NCBI RefSeq assembly: GCF_006345805.1
Contig: NC_043000.1
Coordinates: 161,758,001 to 161,822,000 of the forward strand
Direction: 5' to 3'
Length of the DNA stretch: 64,000 bases
Source of the DNA: Octopus sinensis
Taxonomy: Eukaryota
The translations under genes and the position numbers were made by a program. The stretch's first letter is position 1, and every line of letters begins with the position of its first letter. This document shows, piece after piece, positions 1-13,106 of the stretch. The notes below the pieces were generated by a model. It did no database searches. It was not told the origin of the DNA and worked only from the letters and a program-made list of their open reading frames with translations.

Positions 1-283
1 TCTCCACAGAAAATTGTTAACATTTATAATATTTACTCCTTCTTGTTAAATAAGTATGTTGTTGTTATCCTTCTTAACGATAGTTTATGCTGTTTGTTCG
101 TTTTGCATTTTGCATTTGTTTTATTTTTAAATATATTTTGCCGTGGGAAATGAAGCGGTGTCGTATCAGAGTTATAGAGGGCAAAGTAGTAGATTCTGAA
201 CTTCTGAGATCCGGTACGGCAGTATTACTAATGATTTATTATTGGAATACGAAATTGTCTATGGGACAAGGTAAAAATATCTG

Positions 284-286
<3 letters not shown>

Positions 287-336
<50 letters not shown>

Positions 337-347
337 TAATAATAATA
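287..347. repeat. (AAT)n microsatellite
   Basis: Visible AAT run; explains the poly-N ORF 87..392. Confidence 0.95.
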
Positions 348-964
348 ATGTTATTTAAGAAGAAATCCTATACAAATCTGATGAAATTTTAAAAATATAT
401 TTATGCTGGAATTAGGTTGACAGATATGTTTTTCTCACTCGCCTTTTTTTTTCTCTCTCTCTCTCTCTCTCGCTCTCTCTATCCTTTTCTCTCTATCCCT
501 CCCTCTTTCTCTCTCACTATGTATATACATAAATATTTATATATCATATATATATGTATGTATGCATGTATGTATGTATTTATATACGCACATGCATAAA
601 TAAATATATATATATATTCAAACTCGCACGCGCACACACACACACACACATAAATATATATGAATGTTTATATGTGTGTTTGTTGTGTGTTTGAGTGTAT
701 CTGGCATGGGAGCAAGACATTTCTAATGTCTCGACTAATGAAACAAAGATTTCATCTTTTAATGATGTTTGGTTCCACAGAGAATTTCTACCAGAGGACC
801 AATCATTATTCCCCTCATGTCTGTGAGTATTAGACAACGGATATAAACTTCGGTAAAATATTGGCAAATGTTTTAAACAAATATAACTTGTTACATCTAA
901 ACATCTGAATCATAAGACCGGCTACGACGGTCTGGATGCCGATCACTGTTAAGTTCAGTAATGA

Positions 965-975
965 TAGATAATATA

Positions 976-1051
<76 letters not shown>

Positions 1052-1072
1052 TATATATATTATATATATATT
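965..1072. repeat. (TA)n microsatellite
   Basis: Visible tandem run. Confidence 0.95.
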
Positions 1073-1579
1073 TGTTTCATTAAATTTGTTTCAAATACTC
1101 CGAATTACACTTTGTTACATGTATGTATGTATGTATTAAGTGTTCAGAATAATTTTTCCATCGTCTTAACAGCCCTCATCGTTTGTTTTTATTGTGTTAT
1201 TCTCATTGTTCTATCTTTTACTGTCTTGTTTTGTTCTTACTGTCTTGTTCTAGTTTTTACCACTTTTATCCCTCCGCAAAAAAAAAAATTTTTTATTTAA
1301 TTTGCTTTGCGGGAAGGATTGTTTCAACGAAGTCGCGTCTTGTCCTTACCTTCGAAACGCGGAGTAGATGAAACAGGGACAACTGATGAAGGGGAATATC
1401 CCTTGTGTTATATGTCTTGTTTCTCTGTTTTATCGTTGTGTGAAAAAAAGTTTGTTTCAATGTTTTTGTTTTTATGTTTTCATTTCTCATTGTGTTCATA
1501 TATGCCTGTATATATACATATATATGTAGGTGTGTACATATATGTATGTATATATGCATATATTCATATATTATTTATA

Positions 1580-1700
1580 TTATTATGTATGTATGTATGT
1601 ATGTATGTGTGTATGTATGTATGTATGCATTTATGCATGTATGTATGTATCTATGTATGTATGTATGTATGTATGTATGTATGTATGTATGTGTGTATGT
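1580..1700. repeat. (TATG)n microsatellite
   Basis: Visible tandem run. Confidence 0.95.
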
Positions 1701-2963
1701 ATTATTGGTTTAATAGTTAATAAATTTGCATCTCCATCTTGAGTTCACATCCTTGATGCCACTGTGTGACATTTGCAGCATACACAGAGGTTTCGTTGTG
1801 GTCGTGCTATCTGTAAAAATAATGATATATTATATTGCCAGTGCACATAACAATGACCAACAGATTTTTTTTAAACCATCAGCCTATAAATCACTGGCAG
1901 TTTTGAGGGAGGATATGATGACATATATACAAAGATTTGCCTATCATGTATCTGGCAAAGATTTTGAAAGTTTCCATTTCAATATATTCATTATCGATTG
2001 ATTTGTAAATCTTCATATTTGCCACTTAAAGATCTAATTATGGATTCATTGAGCATGTAAATTAACTTTGATCTTTCTTTTTTTTTTTCCAACTATAAAA
2101 GAAAAATTTCAATTCAGAAGTTCTTTGGTGTGTGTGAGTGCGAACGAGCGTACTTGCGCGTGTATCACTCACAAAAATTTTCTGTGAACAGATCTCATTG
2201 TCACATAGCTTTCTTTTTGAAATTCGCTGTTCAACAAATTCATATTCTAAACACTTATTATATACATATTTATGTAATAGTCTCTAACATTAAAAGTAAC
2301 TAGTATAAAAAATATTTGGCAAAGGAGCAAAATAAAAGTAAACTGAATTTATTTTAAAGAAAAGAAAAGTTTAAAAGAAATATTTATTAAAATGTTTACT
2401 GGTAGACTTTAAGTTTTAACAGGATAAGTTATACGGGATAGGAATGAATCCAGTGATTGGCTATTTTATGAATGCGAGAACTTTGCTTCTAGCTTTGTAA
2501 CAAACACTGAATATTACAAAAACAGAAAATAGATACGTTACATAGAAAACTGACGCATCAAAAATCAGTAAAGCACCAAGTCATTATCAAATCAGACAAG
2601 GAAAATACAGTCTGTAAATAGTTGGCAAGGAGTGTTTGAAGAAATATATTCGCATTTCGTATTTCGTATTTTTTCTCTTTTGCCAAATGTTAGGGCTGCA
2701 TAAATGAAAAATTCACATACGAGTAAACAATGGTACTATGTTTGGAATCTTTCCAAAGACATTCTAAGTAATATCTAATGCCAGTTAGTTATCTTAAATA
2801 TGTAGACGATGCAATAATAGGATAATAACTGCATGAAGTATAAAAAAAAATTATGCACATTTGACACATTTACATAATAGTTGAGGAAAAAATATGATAC
2901 TTTATTATTTCCATGGACATCAATGCTTTCGCAGCATAGCTGGATCTACATTTACACCATACT

Positions 2964-2982
2964 TAGTAGTAGTAGTAGTAGC

Positions 2983-3020
<38 letters not shown>

Positions 3021-3119
3021 CAGCAGCAGTAGCAGCAGCAGCAGTAGTAGCAGCAGCAGTAGTGGTGGTGGTGGTGGTGGTGGTGGTGGTGGTGGTGGTG
3101 GTGGTGGTGGTAGTAGTTG
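2964..3119. repeat. Compound triplet microsatellite (TAG)n-(CAG)n-(GTG)n
   Basis: Visible; source of the poly-S/G/V/T/P/L/H ORFs. Confidence 0.95.
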
Positions 3120-3124
3120 TACTT

Positions 3125-4480
3125 TCCATATGGCAAGCATCTGCTGTCGTTACTACAACCCAAGGAGAGAGTCATAGCCACTAACGATGAGTCTTTTGAG
3201 ATTCTCTTATCAGCTAAAGTTTCAAGTGCCTTCCTTAGGGTTCTTGCAGTTCCAAAGTAATACAGTTTAGTGTGTTCTGTTTGAATCTCGATTCTAATTT
3301 TCTCTATCCATGATTTCATTTCTTTCCGAATGTATCAAGAACGCCCACGATCACTGGAACAATTTCAACTTTTTCGTGTTTTAGTCATTTACAACTTCTC
3401 TTTCCAAGTCCTGTTTTTTTTTCTCATTCTTTCCTTGTTCTTCTCACTTACTGAAGATTCTATATCAGTTATTATCTCCTGAAGACATTATATCTATCAG
3501 TCGCTGTGTAGTGTCTTTCTTTCACATTCACAGTAACAATTAATAACATCGGGTCTTCTTGCCTCAACGACTTGATCGCATTGAATGTTGAAATCCCACA
3601 ATTTCCTCGTTTTCTTTTCTTCCACTGCATTGGTTTGGTGTCCGTACCACCTACTGTGTCTGTCCCAATTATATTTCCCACAGTTTCTCTTGAACGATAC
3701 TTGCAATATTTTATATTCTATTTGTACACGTCTACTGTATTTGCTTACTGTGTAACTACATAAAAGTAACTCAGTATTTTTATCGATGTGATATTCATAA
3801 TACTTTGTTTTAAGTGATTTTGCTTGTGTTGCACAAATTAGCACTTGTTCCAACCGCTAAGTTTGATTTTTCGCAGCCAATCATATGACTCTCGCTTATT
3901 TACATCTCTGATAAACTATCATAACATTGTTTTTCACACCATGATGTCACATTTTACTCTTTTCTGAATTTCTTATGTTCATATTCTATTAATTGTCTGA
4001 GATAAGTTTACACCAACCACCAAGGTTCTGGATGATTAGCAACATGCCATATCAAATTGTTCTCCGCAACTTATCAAATATTTTCTTCCATTCTTCCTGG
4101 GCAATGGAAGAAAAGCATGTGAATATTACTTTTCGGGCGTAATACTGTTTTCATTTTCCGTGTGTTTCTGTTTAACTTCTTGAGTTCTTTTTTATTCCGT
4201 TGGAAAATACTTATTCTATATCTTATACGTGATACATCCCATAATATACTTCTTACATATAATTTTGTCTTTAATACCAATATCAGTTTAATCTTCTTTG
4301 CTATTTTTAACCTTGTCGGCTTCTAGTAATATCTCAGTGCTTATATCCATACACCTCAACAGCCTTCATTAATTTATCACCAAGTATCATTATCCCATTT
4401 CCTTTCCTATTATCGTCTTTCTTTTTATTGAAATGTAACACAATTATTTGTCCCAAATTCCATTTCTATGTTTTGTGAAG
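3125..4480 (-). mobile_element. 5'-truncated, degenerate R4/Dong-type non-LTR retrotransposon (RT thumb plus restriction-like endonuclease)
   Basis: Minus-strand peptides 'LWDVSRIRY..NKKELKKLNRNTRK', 'CGKYNWDRHSRWYGHQTNAVE..LWDFNIQCDQVVEARRPDV' and 'FGTARTLRKAL' match the R4-clade C-terminal RPD endonuclease and LGTARILRKVL motifs; multiple frameshifts. Confidence 0.8.
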
Positions 4481-5750
4481 TAAATAAAAAAAATATGGAC
4501 CAAAGAACCTACCTGTTTTTCACTTTCCGCGAACAGTCTAAGATCGTACGTAAACAAAAAATATTATTATAATTATTTTTATTATAATTATTTTTATCAT
4601 AGTCCTCTTCAAAGTCATCATCGTCGTCGGTATCCTCTTCATCATCTATGTTCGTACGCTAAGACCCAAATGTGTTACGCTGTCGCGTGATTGGTCGAAG
4701 GGGAAGACGAAGAGTGAAAGAGAAAGAGGGAGAGAGAAGTGTTAGTGCCGTGAGGTAAGGGGAGCGTAATAGTTATTACGTGGTTAAAAAGTTAGTTGAA
4801 GTGAGTGATATAGATAGAGTTAGAAATGTTTAGCAGAGGGGTGATGTTCTGGTGGTAAGACAAAAGAACGGCAAACAGAGAGAGGGTGAAGAGTAGTGAC
4901 ATTATTGCCAGCCGATGCATTAAGCTGTCATGCGGTTAGTGGAAGTGACAGGTGAAGAGAAAAAGAGAGAAAAGATAACGGTGTAAAACAGGGGATGACA
5001 TGGTTAAAAAGTTCATTGAAGTAAGGTAGGGAAAGAGAAAGAAGTGGGGAGGGGGGAATAAAGTGTTTAGCAGATGGATTTGCCAATCTATTTATCTGTC
5101 TCTCCACATTGACAAATACATCGATGGCTGGACGGAAGAAAGGAAAGTTTACTATTGGATGTGATAATAAACTTAGCACAGAAAGAAAGATGGATTTTTC
5201 AATGAAAGTGAAATAACCTAGCAAAATAGCCATAGATATTATAGACATTATCTTTTTTTTTAATTTTGTTATTCGAACTTTGTATTGACAACAAGAAAAG
5301 TAGATATAAACAAAATAATGACCTGAAATAAAACGAACAGTTTAGACTGAGCTTTGTTATTGAAAACTAGAATGATGGTATTGGCGGTTGATGGGGGATA
5401 ATGGTGATGTGATGGTGATGATGATGGTGGTGATGATGATGATGATAGTGATGATGATATCGTTTAACGCATGCGCATAAGTGCAATTATTTAACATCAG
5501 CTCGCTTGAAAACTGATATTCGTTTATAAAATATGGATGACAGACACTGTAAGCTAACAAGAGAAAGAATGAGACAGGATAGGCAACGACTAAAAGAGAA
5601 GCAAAGGGTCGAACCACTAAAACAAACACGGGAGCATCAGTGTGTAGAAGGGAAAATATGAATCAAAGAGTATGCAGTGAGTATTTACAACAGATATTTA
5701 AAATAAGATATAAATTGAAAATGAGAGAGAACGACAACAAAAATCTTTAA

Positions 5751-5795
5751 CGGCGGTGCACCAGCATGGCCGCTGCTATGAGCTGAAACTACAGC
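5751..5795 (+). repeat. Orphan CR1/SINE 3' tail (GGCGGTGCACCAGCATGGCC...GAAAC)
   Basis: Same motif as the CR1 terminus at 17175 and the SINE-C tails. Confidence 0.65.
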
Positions 5796-6466
5796 AAAAA
5801 AAACAAAACATATGGTTGAAAGTTACAACATTAGTGACATGAATATTCTCTAATCATTGTGACGCTTTCAGATTTATAAATGAACTTATGAACTTCTGAG
5901 ACAATGGGAATGTCATACTCCATCAATTACAGCCTTATCCAGAAGAAGTGAAAGGTGTTTTTAGATGAAAATAATGCGGAATATACAATTTATACAAGAA
6001 CAATAATTTTTATGGCTCCACATAAACCTACAACCATCTAAAAATTCACATTCATCGTGGACTTTCCACGGGTACTGAAACTCATTATTGATATTATATA
6101 AGTACAAATGCAGGATAAACCATCGTGCTTTTCGTAAGCATATAAAACTACACTATAAAGCGAAAGTAAAGTGGTTAATCCACAAAGTTTGTTTGTTTTT
6201 GTTTTTTCTACTTTAATGTTCATAAAAGGAAATTGATCTAACTAGTTTCAGTGGTTATTAATATCTCATCAGAAACGAGTTCCTCACTTTGTATCCACAT
6301 AGATAATATTCTCGGATGACACGTAAACGAGCGTTGAAAATACTCAAATTGAATTCTTTTCTTGACCATAAACACACACATAAACACACACATCCTTTCT
6401 GCTACTATAAAACCATTGTTCAGTGCTGTAGTGCGTATTCGTGTCTGCATATGTACACACTCACAC

Positions 6467-6480
6467 AGACATACACACAC

Positions 6481-6561
<81 letters not shown>

Positions 6562-6910
6562 TATATATATATATATATATATAATATATATATATATATA
6601 CATATATATACATATATACATATATATATACATATATATATACATATATATATATACATATATATACATATATATACATATGTATATATATATACATATG
6701 TATATATATACATATGTATATATATATATATGTATATATATACATACATATGTATCTATATATATGTGTATATATATATATATGTTTGTATATATATATA
6801 TATGTTTATATATATATATATATGTGTATATATATGTGTTTATATATATGTGTGTATATATATATATGTGTGTATATATATATGTGTATATATATATGTA
6901 TATATATATA
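6467..6910. repeat. (CA)n/(TA)n/(TATG) compound microsatellite
   Basis: Visible. Confidence 0.95.
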
Positions 6911-6960
6911 ATGGCGGTGCCCCAGCATGGCCACAGCTCAATAAGCTGAAACTAGAATCA
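6911..6960 (+). repeat. Orphan CR1/SINE 3' tail
   Basis: GGCGGTGCCCCAGCATGGCCACAG...CTGAAAC. Confidence 0.65.
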
Positions 6961-7136
6961 ATCAATCATATATATATATATGAATTTCATATCCGTAGTT
7001 ATTCTAAACAACGCTGCCTTGGCACTTTTGTTATTAAATCCTGCTGGTCAAGTTTGCAGCATATGTAAATTATTTACGCCAGAAATAGTTTGTCCTTCAT
7101 CTCAAAATAGGTTCTTTACTTTGTAAATTTAATTAA

Positions 7137-7185
7137 GACATAACGTTCTCTGATGAGGCTTGGTAAAGTCGAAACAAGTTATGTC
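7137..7185 (+). ncRNA. Minimal hammerhead-ribozyme-like motif (Penelope-type), degenerate
   Basis: CTGATGA 7150-7156, stem II GGCTT-GGTA-AAGTC, GAAAC 7171-7175, enclosed by complementary GACATAAC/GTTATGTC; cleavage triplet unclear. Confidence 0.5.
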
Positions 7186-7294
7186 AACTGATTATTCATT
7201 CTACATTTATGAAAATTTTTCTAATTTATTGACAGGTTATATTTACACAGTGTGATTAAACATATTTTTACTGAGCGAAATAGCTAGCTAGCTA

Positions 7295-7838
7295 TAGATA
7301 GATAGATAAGTTTCTTTATTGGCCACACAGGGCTGCACACAGATGGGACAAGTTACAAGGTAGAGCTTTTCTTTTGGGGGAGAAAAAAAAAAGGTCGCGT
7401 AGGTTTTCGATCAAAAGGGATCGTAAAAGGGAAAAAAGAACAAAAAAAAGAAAAAAAGAAAAGAAAAGGAAAAGAAAAAAAGAAAAGAAAAAGGAAAAAA
7501 GGAAAAGAAAAAAAGAAAAAAGGGAAAAATAGAAAAGAAAAATGAAAAAAGAAGAAAAAAGAGGCAAAAAGGGGGAGAGGAAAAAAAACGATCAATAGGG
7601 ATCGTGTAACACAGTGTCATGATGTATAGTGTAAAGGGGAAAGCAAGTAAGGTTTATCCGTGGGAAGAAAAGCCTACGAAAAAGACCACGGTAACCTTGG
7701 TCAATATTGTTATATGTTACCACATTTGTTTGCAAGTGGGTAACCCTCTGTTTTCAATTTCTGGGTTCATAGGATTATGCTCAAGGTGGCTTCGTCATTC
7801 ATACGTGCCATCCTTGCTACATTCACCCATCTTTTTTT
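7295..7838 (-). mobile_element. Tx1/L1-clade 3' fragment, copy C (ORF2 end, 3'UTR, AATAAA, (TATC)n tail)
   Basis: Starts at 'KKRWVNVARMARMNDEA', ends GGCCAATAAAGAAAC followed by (TATC)n. Confidence 0.8.
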
Positions 7839-7839
<1 letters not shown>

Positions 7840-7895
<56 letters not shown>

Positions 7896-8435
7896 GGATA
7901 GATGGATGGATGGAGGATGGATGGATGGATAGATAGATAGATAGATAGATAGCTAGATAGATATGTTTCTTTATTAGCCACACAGGGCTGCACACAGATA
8001 GAACAAATTACAAGGTAGAGCTTTTCTTTTGAAGGTATTAAAAAAAATAATATAAAAAAAAAAAAAAAAAAAAAAAAGAAGGGGGAGGTTCGATCAAAAG
8101 GGATCGTAAAAGGAGAGAAAGAGGACGAAAATAGGGGGGTTAAAAAAAAAAAAAAAAAAAAAAGGGGGGGGAGAGGAAAAAAAAACGATCAATAGGGATC
8201 GTGTAACACAGTGTCATGATGTATAGTGTAAAGGGGAAAGCAAGTAAGGTTTATCCGTGGGAAGAAAAGCCTACGAAAAAGACCACGGTAACCTTGGTCA
8301 ATATTGTTATATGTTACCACATTTGTTTGCAAGTGGGTAACCCTCTGTTTTCAATTTCTGGGTTCATAGGATTATGCTCAAGGTGGCTTCGTCATTCATA
8401 CGTGCCATCCTTGCTACATTCACCCATCTTTTTTT

Positions 8436-8437
<2 letters not shown>
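7840..8437 (-). mobile_element. Tx1/L1-clade 3' fragment, copy B (duplication-derived mosaic) with its (TATC)n tail
   Basis: 597-bp period; 5' half matches copy C and 3' half matches copy A. Confidence 0.8.
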
Positions 8438-8439
<2 letters not shown>

Positions 8440-8492
<53 letters not shown>

Positions 8493-8737
8493 GGATAGAT
8501 GGATGGATGGATGGATGGATGGATGGATAGATAGATAGATAGAGTAGATAGCTAGATAGATATGTTTCTTTATTAGCCACACAGGGCTGCACACAGATAG
8601 AAAAAATACAAGGTAGAGCTTTTCTTTTGAAGGTATTAAAAAAATATAAATAAAAAAAAAAAAAAAAAAAAAGGAAGGGGGAGGTTCGATCAAAAGGGAT
8701 CGTAAAAGGAGAGAAGAGGACGAAAATAAGGGGGTTT

Positions 8738-8768
<31 letters not shown>

Positions 8769-9737
8769 AGAGAGAAAAAAAAATGATCAATAGGGATCGT
8801 TATCACAGAATGTCAATATGAAGTGTGAAGGGGAGGACAGGTGAGTTTTACCCGTGAAAGAAAAGCTGCGGAAAAGACCACGGTAACCTCGGTCAATGAA
8901 GTCACATTTTATATTTCTTTTTTTTTTTTTTTTTTTTTTTTTTTGCAAATAAGCAACTCCTGTTTTCGATTTCTGGGTTCATAGGACTATGCTCAGTGGC
9001 TTCGTCATTCATACGTGCCATTCTTGCTACATTCACCCATCTTTTTTTAAAACATTCGCTAGACAAAACTTGCCTCTCTACTCTCACTTTCCTTTTCAAG
9101 TGGTACTTGAAGAAGTTGATGAGAGATTGACCAGAGGGAAGAAGTGTTTGTCTCCATCCTTTCAGTTCAGACGCGTCCACCAGTACATTCTTTCGCCATA
9201 GCCACAAGGATGATGAAAATAGCTCTTCCTTCCGTTTGAAGGAAGGAGGCGTGACAAATTGACGATAGACTCAGCTGATAACCGACTCGTCCCACACGTG
9301 ACAGCAGTTGTTCGACATAAGCCCAAGGTCGGAAATTGTTGACACTGAACGAGTGCTGCAGAACGGTTTCGTCGCTCTGACCGCATCTCGGCAGGTCGGC
9401 CCCGTGTTTTTCTCGAGCCGTGTCTGTAGAGCTTACCCGAACGGGTAGCGCTTCTCGGTAGCACTGCCAGGCCGGGATCTCTGGAGTTGTCCATGGGCCC
9501 TGGCCCGAAAGTCGTCCCGTAACAGGCGGGTCAGGTACTCCTCGTCGACGTCCAGGTTCGCCCCGAGCTCGTCGTCGTACCTCCCCTCCACTAAACCCCT
9601 AAGAATGCTTTGTTGTGTTGAAGTCACTTAAGGTCGACCCAGGACGGCAGAGTGCTTGAGAGCAACGCGACACTCGCGGTGCCATTCGCCCTTCCTCGGC
9701 CTCTTTTTGATCCACGCTGCAGTTCGGTCATGGAGAT
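8440..9737 (-). mobile_element. 5'-truncated Tx1/L1-clade LINE, copy A (ORF2 C-terminal Cys-rich region, 3'UTR, (TATC)n tail)
   Basis: Peptides 'WIKKRPRKGEWHRECRVALKH', 'RGLVEGRYDDELGANL', 'KLYRHGSR', 'SGQSLINFFKYHLKRKVRVERQVLSSECFKKRWVNVARM'; frameshifted. Confidence 0.75.
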
Positions 9738-9740
9738 AGC

Positions 9741-9789
<49 letters not shown>

Positions 9790-9855
9790 GGATAGATAGA
9801 TAGATGGATAGATAGATAGATGGATGGATAGATAGATAGATAGATAGATAGATAG

Positions 9856-10055
9856 GTTTTTGTTCCTTCTCGAGCCATGTCTGGCTCATAAGGGCCGGTT
9901 CCCCAGTTTCCTTGGCGTATAGGTTCCCCACCTGGACGGGACGCTATTACCTTCTACCGGAGCCGCGTGGAGCTTAGGTGTTTCGCTCATAAATACACAC
10001 ATCGCCCGGTCTGAGATTCGAGTCCGATGCTCTAACCACTAGGCCATATGCCTCC
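9856..10055 (-). mobile_element. tRNA-derived SINE family V (V-domain-like), internally deleted, with (CTAT)n tail at 9737-9855
   Basis: Head GGAGGCATATGGCCTAGTGGTTAGAGC; GCGTCCCGTCCAGG core; same family as 21599, 43211 and 59385. Confidence 0.85.
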
Positions 10056-10212
10056 AATAGGTAGGTAGGTACATACATATAATTTTAAAGAGATACTATG
10101 TATATATATATATATATATAATCACTCCATCACTCCTTTTCATGCTGAAGCGTTGTATTTAATGTAATGTTGATTTTTACTTGGAAAGAAAACTGATGTC
10201 CTTCAAAAGTTA

Positions 10213-10591
10213 TACATACATACATACATACAAACATACATACATACATGCATACATACATACATACATACATACACACACATACATACATACATACATA
10301 CATACATACATACATACATACATACATACATGCATGCATTCATACATACATACATACATACATACATACATACATACATACATACATACATACATACATA
10401 CATACATACATACATACATGCATGCATGCATTCATACATTTATACATACATACATACATACATACATTCATACATACATACATACATACATACATACACA
10501 CATACATACATACATACATACATACATAATACATGCACCTACAACATACATACATACATACATACATACAACACATACATACATACATACA

Positions 10592-10623
<32 letters not shown>

Positions 10624-11707
10624 CAGAATACATACATGCATACATACATACATACATACATACATGCATACATACAAACATACATACATACATACATTCA
10701 TACATACATACATACATACATACATACATACATACAACAAACATACATACATAATACATACATGCATTCATACATACAAACATACATACATACATACATA
10801 CATACATTCATACATACATACATACAACATACATACATGCATACATTATGCATATTACATACATACATACATACAACATACATACATACATACATACACC
10901 ATTCATACATACATACATACATGCATACATACATACATACATACATACATACATACATGCATACATACAAACATACATACATACATACATTCATACATAC
11001 ATACATACATACATACATACACACATACATACATAATACATACATGCATTCATACATACATACATACATACATACATTCATACATACATGCATACATACA
11101 TACATGCATTCATACATACATACATACATACATACACACATACACACATACATACATACATACATACATACATACATACATACATTCATACATACATACA
11201 TACATGCATGCATGCATTCATACATACATACATACATTCATACATACATACATACATATATACACACATACATACATACATAATACATACATACATACAT
11301 ACATGCATACATACAAACATACATACATACATACATACATACATACATACATACATACATACATACATACATGCATACATACATACATTCATACATGCAT
11401 ACATACAAACATACATACATACATACATTCATACATACATACATACATACATACATACACACATACATACATAATACATACATGCATTCATACATACATA
11501 CATATATACATACATACATACATTCATACATACATGCATACATACATACATGCATGCATGCATTCATACATACATACATACATACATACATACATACATA
11601 CATAACACACACATACATACATACATACATACATACATACATTCATACATACATACATACATACATGCATGCATACATACATACATACATACATATACAT
11701 ACATACA

Positions 11708-11738
<31 letters not shown>
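10213..11738. repeat. ~1.5 kb (CATA)n tetranucleotide array with variant units
   Basis: Visible; source of the IHTY/MYVC ORFs. Confidence 0.97.
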
Positions 11739-11740
<2 letters not shown>

Positions 11741-12915
11741 GCACTCAAACTTTCATGTCAAAAAGCACACTTACAAAGTTAAAGCGGGACACAAGTGTTT
11801 AATATGCACAGGAAATATGAACACCCACGTATACACAAACGTCAACCTTCTATACCTGTATTATACACGAAAGCAATTCCATAAAGATTGATGCTGGATC
11901 AGAATAAGGGATGAATTAGGGAGAAAAAAAACATGAGGTATGGGAACAAAGGCATTCAACATTATATATCTTTTTCAGAACATGTGTAACCATGAATAAA
12001 GTCGATGCTTCAGAATAAGCAGATATGGCACTAGACTTGGGATTATGCCAAAGTAATTATTTGCAGTGATTGCTAAGGAAATCTTCAAGTTTTTTTTCTT
12101 TATTTATACATTTATATTTATTTACATCTGATTCGTGTATTTAAATATTTGTTTTGTATCTCTTATTTTATAACATTCTATAGAATTATCCTTTGCGAAA
12201 CATCTAACAGATTTGAGGATTGTGTTACATGCGCGCTTATTTGTCCAATAATTTATCTGTTTAGTTAGTTAGTCATTCATTCATATTTTTCTCCGTCAAG
12301 AGGAAAAAACTGAGTTTTGTTAAAAAAAGAAGAAATTGAAGGGAAAGCGAAAATATACCGACATGGTCAGGTCAAGAAACATTATTGGTTGAACGGTTTT
12401 TTTTTTTATGTGTATTAATTGGTTGTCAATAGTAATTGTCTTAGTATCTGTATCTGAGGAACATGTAAAAGATATAATTAAAATGTTTTGAGTTCTTTAG
12501 ACAATAATGATGAAAACAATTCTAATAATAACTGGTAGCAAAAAAAAAAGAGAGAGAGATGAGAAGTCTACAAAGAGATACGAAACGATATGATTTGATA
12601 TTATGAACTGCCGTACAGTCCCTTAAATAAAACAAAACAAACAAACTAATAGGAAAGCCTCTACACGGTCACTGTCCATAATAGGTATATAGTATCCACA
12701 TAATCTATTATCAGAGCCCACAGATTTAGAAGAAATGACACGTTGGGTAATGTAATCTTAGATACACGCGGACTGTAAAGCAAAAAAGAAAAAAAAGACA
12801 GGATGGTTACGACTTGTATGCTTTTAGTTTTAGGCCTGCTTTACCAAGCCTCTTCTGGGCTAAACATGAACATATATAAAAAGGCTGTTCGACCCACTTT
12901 CACCGGTCTTACGGC

Positions 12916-13106
12916 TGACTATATTTCGGATACTGTCTGAGAATTTTGTGCATATTAGCAGCATAATTCCAGTTCTTTGAGTTGTATCTCATTATTCAGG
13001 GTTGAAGTATTTTCTGGTTACTAAAAAAGACAGTTAATTTTTGGGACACATGTTTTGTTATGTTATATTTTTAAGACAGATATCCAGAAGAAGCTATCAC
13101 TGAATA
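12916..13106. repeat. Unclassified ~190-bp dispersed repeat, copy 1 (copy 2 at 17986-18186)
   Basis: Shared TTTCGGATACTGTCTG..AGCATAATTCCAG..ATTATTCAGGGTTGAAGTATT..GATATCCAGAAGAA..TATCACTGAATA. Confidence 0.8.

Noticed and set aside
4928-5248. 106-aa minus ORF with a faint RT-like 'FFRPAIDVF'
   Set aside because: Too degenerate to assign; catalytic DD absent
7619-8446. Two identical 76-aa plus-strand ORFs
   Set aside because: Antisense to duplicated Tx1 3' ends, not a gene pair
7840-8560. Repeat-spacer appearance reminiscent of CRISPR
   Set aside because: Eukaryotic context, ~600-bp units, no unique spacers, no cas genes
10181-11605. 474-aa ORF and many overlapping IHTY/MYVC/YI ORFs across the window
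   Set aside because: Translations of stop-free microsatellites
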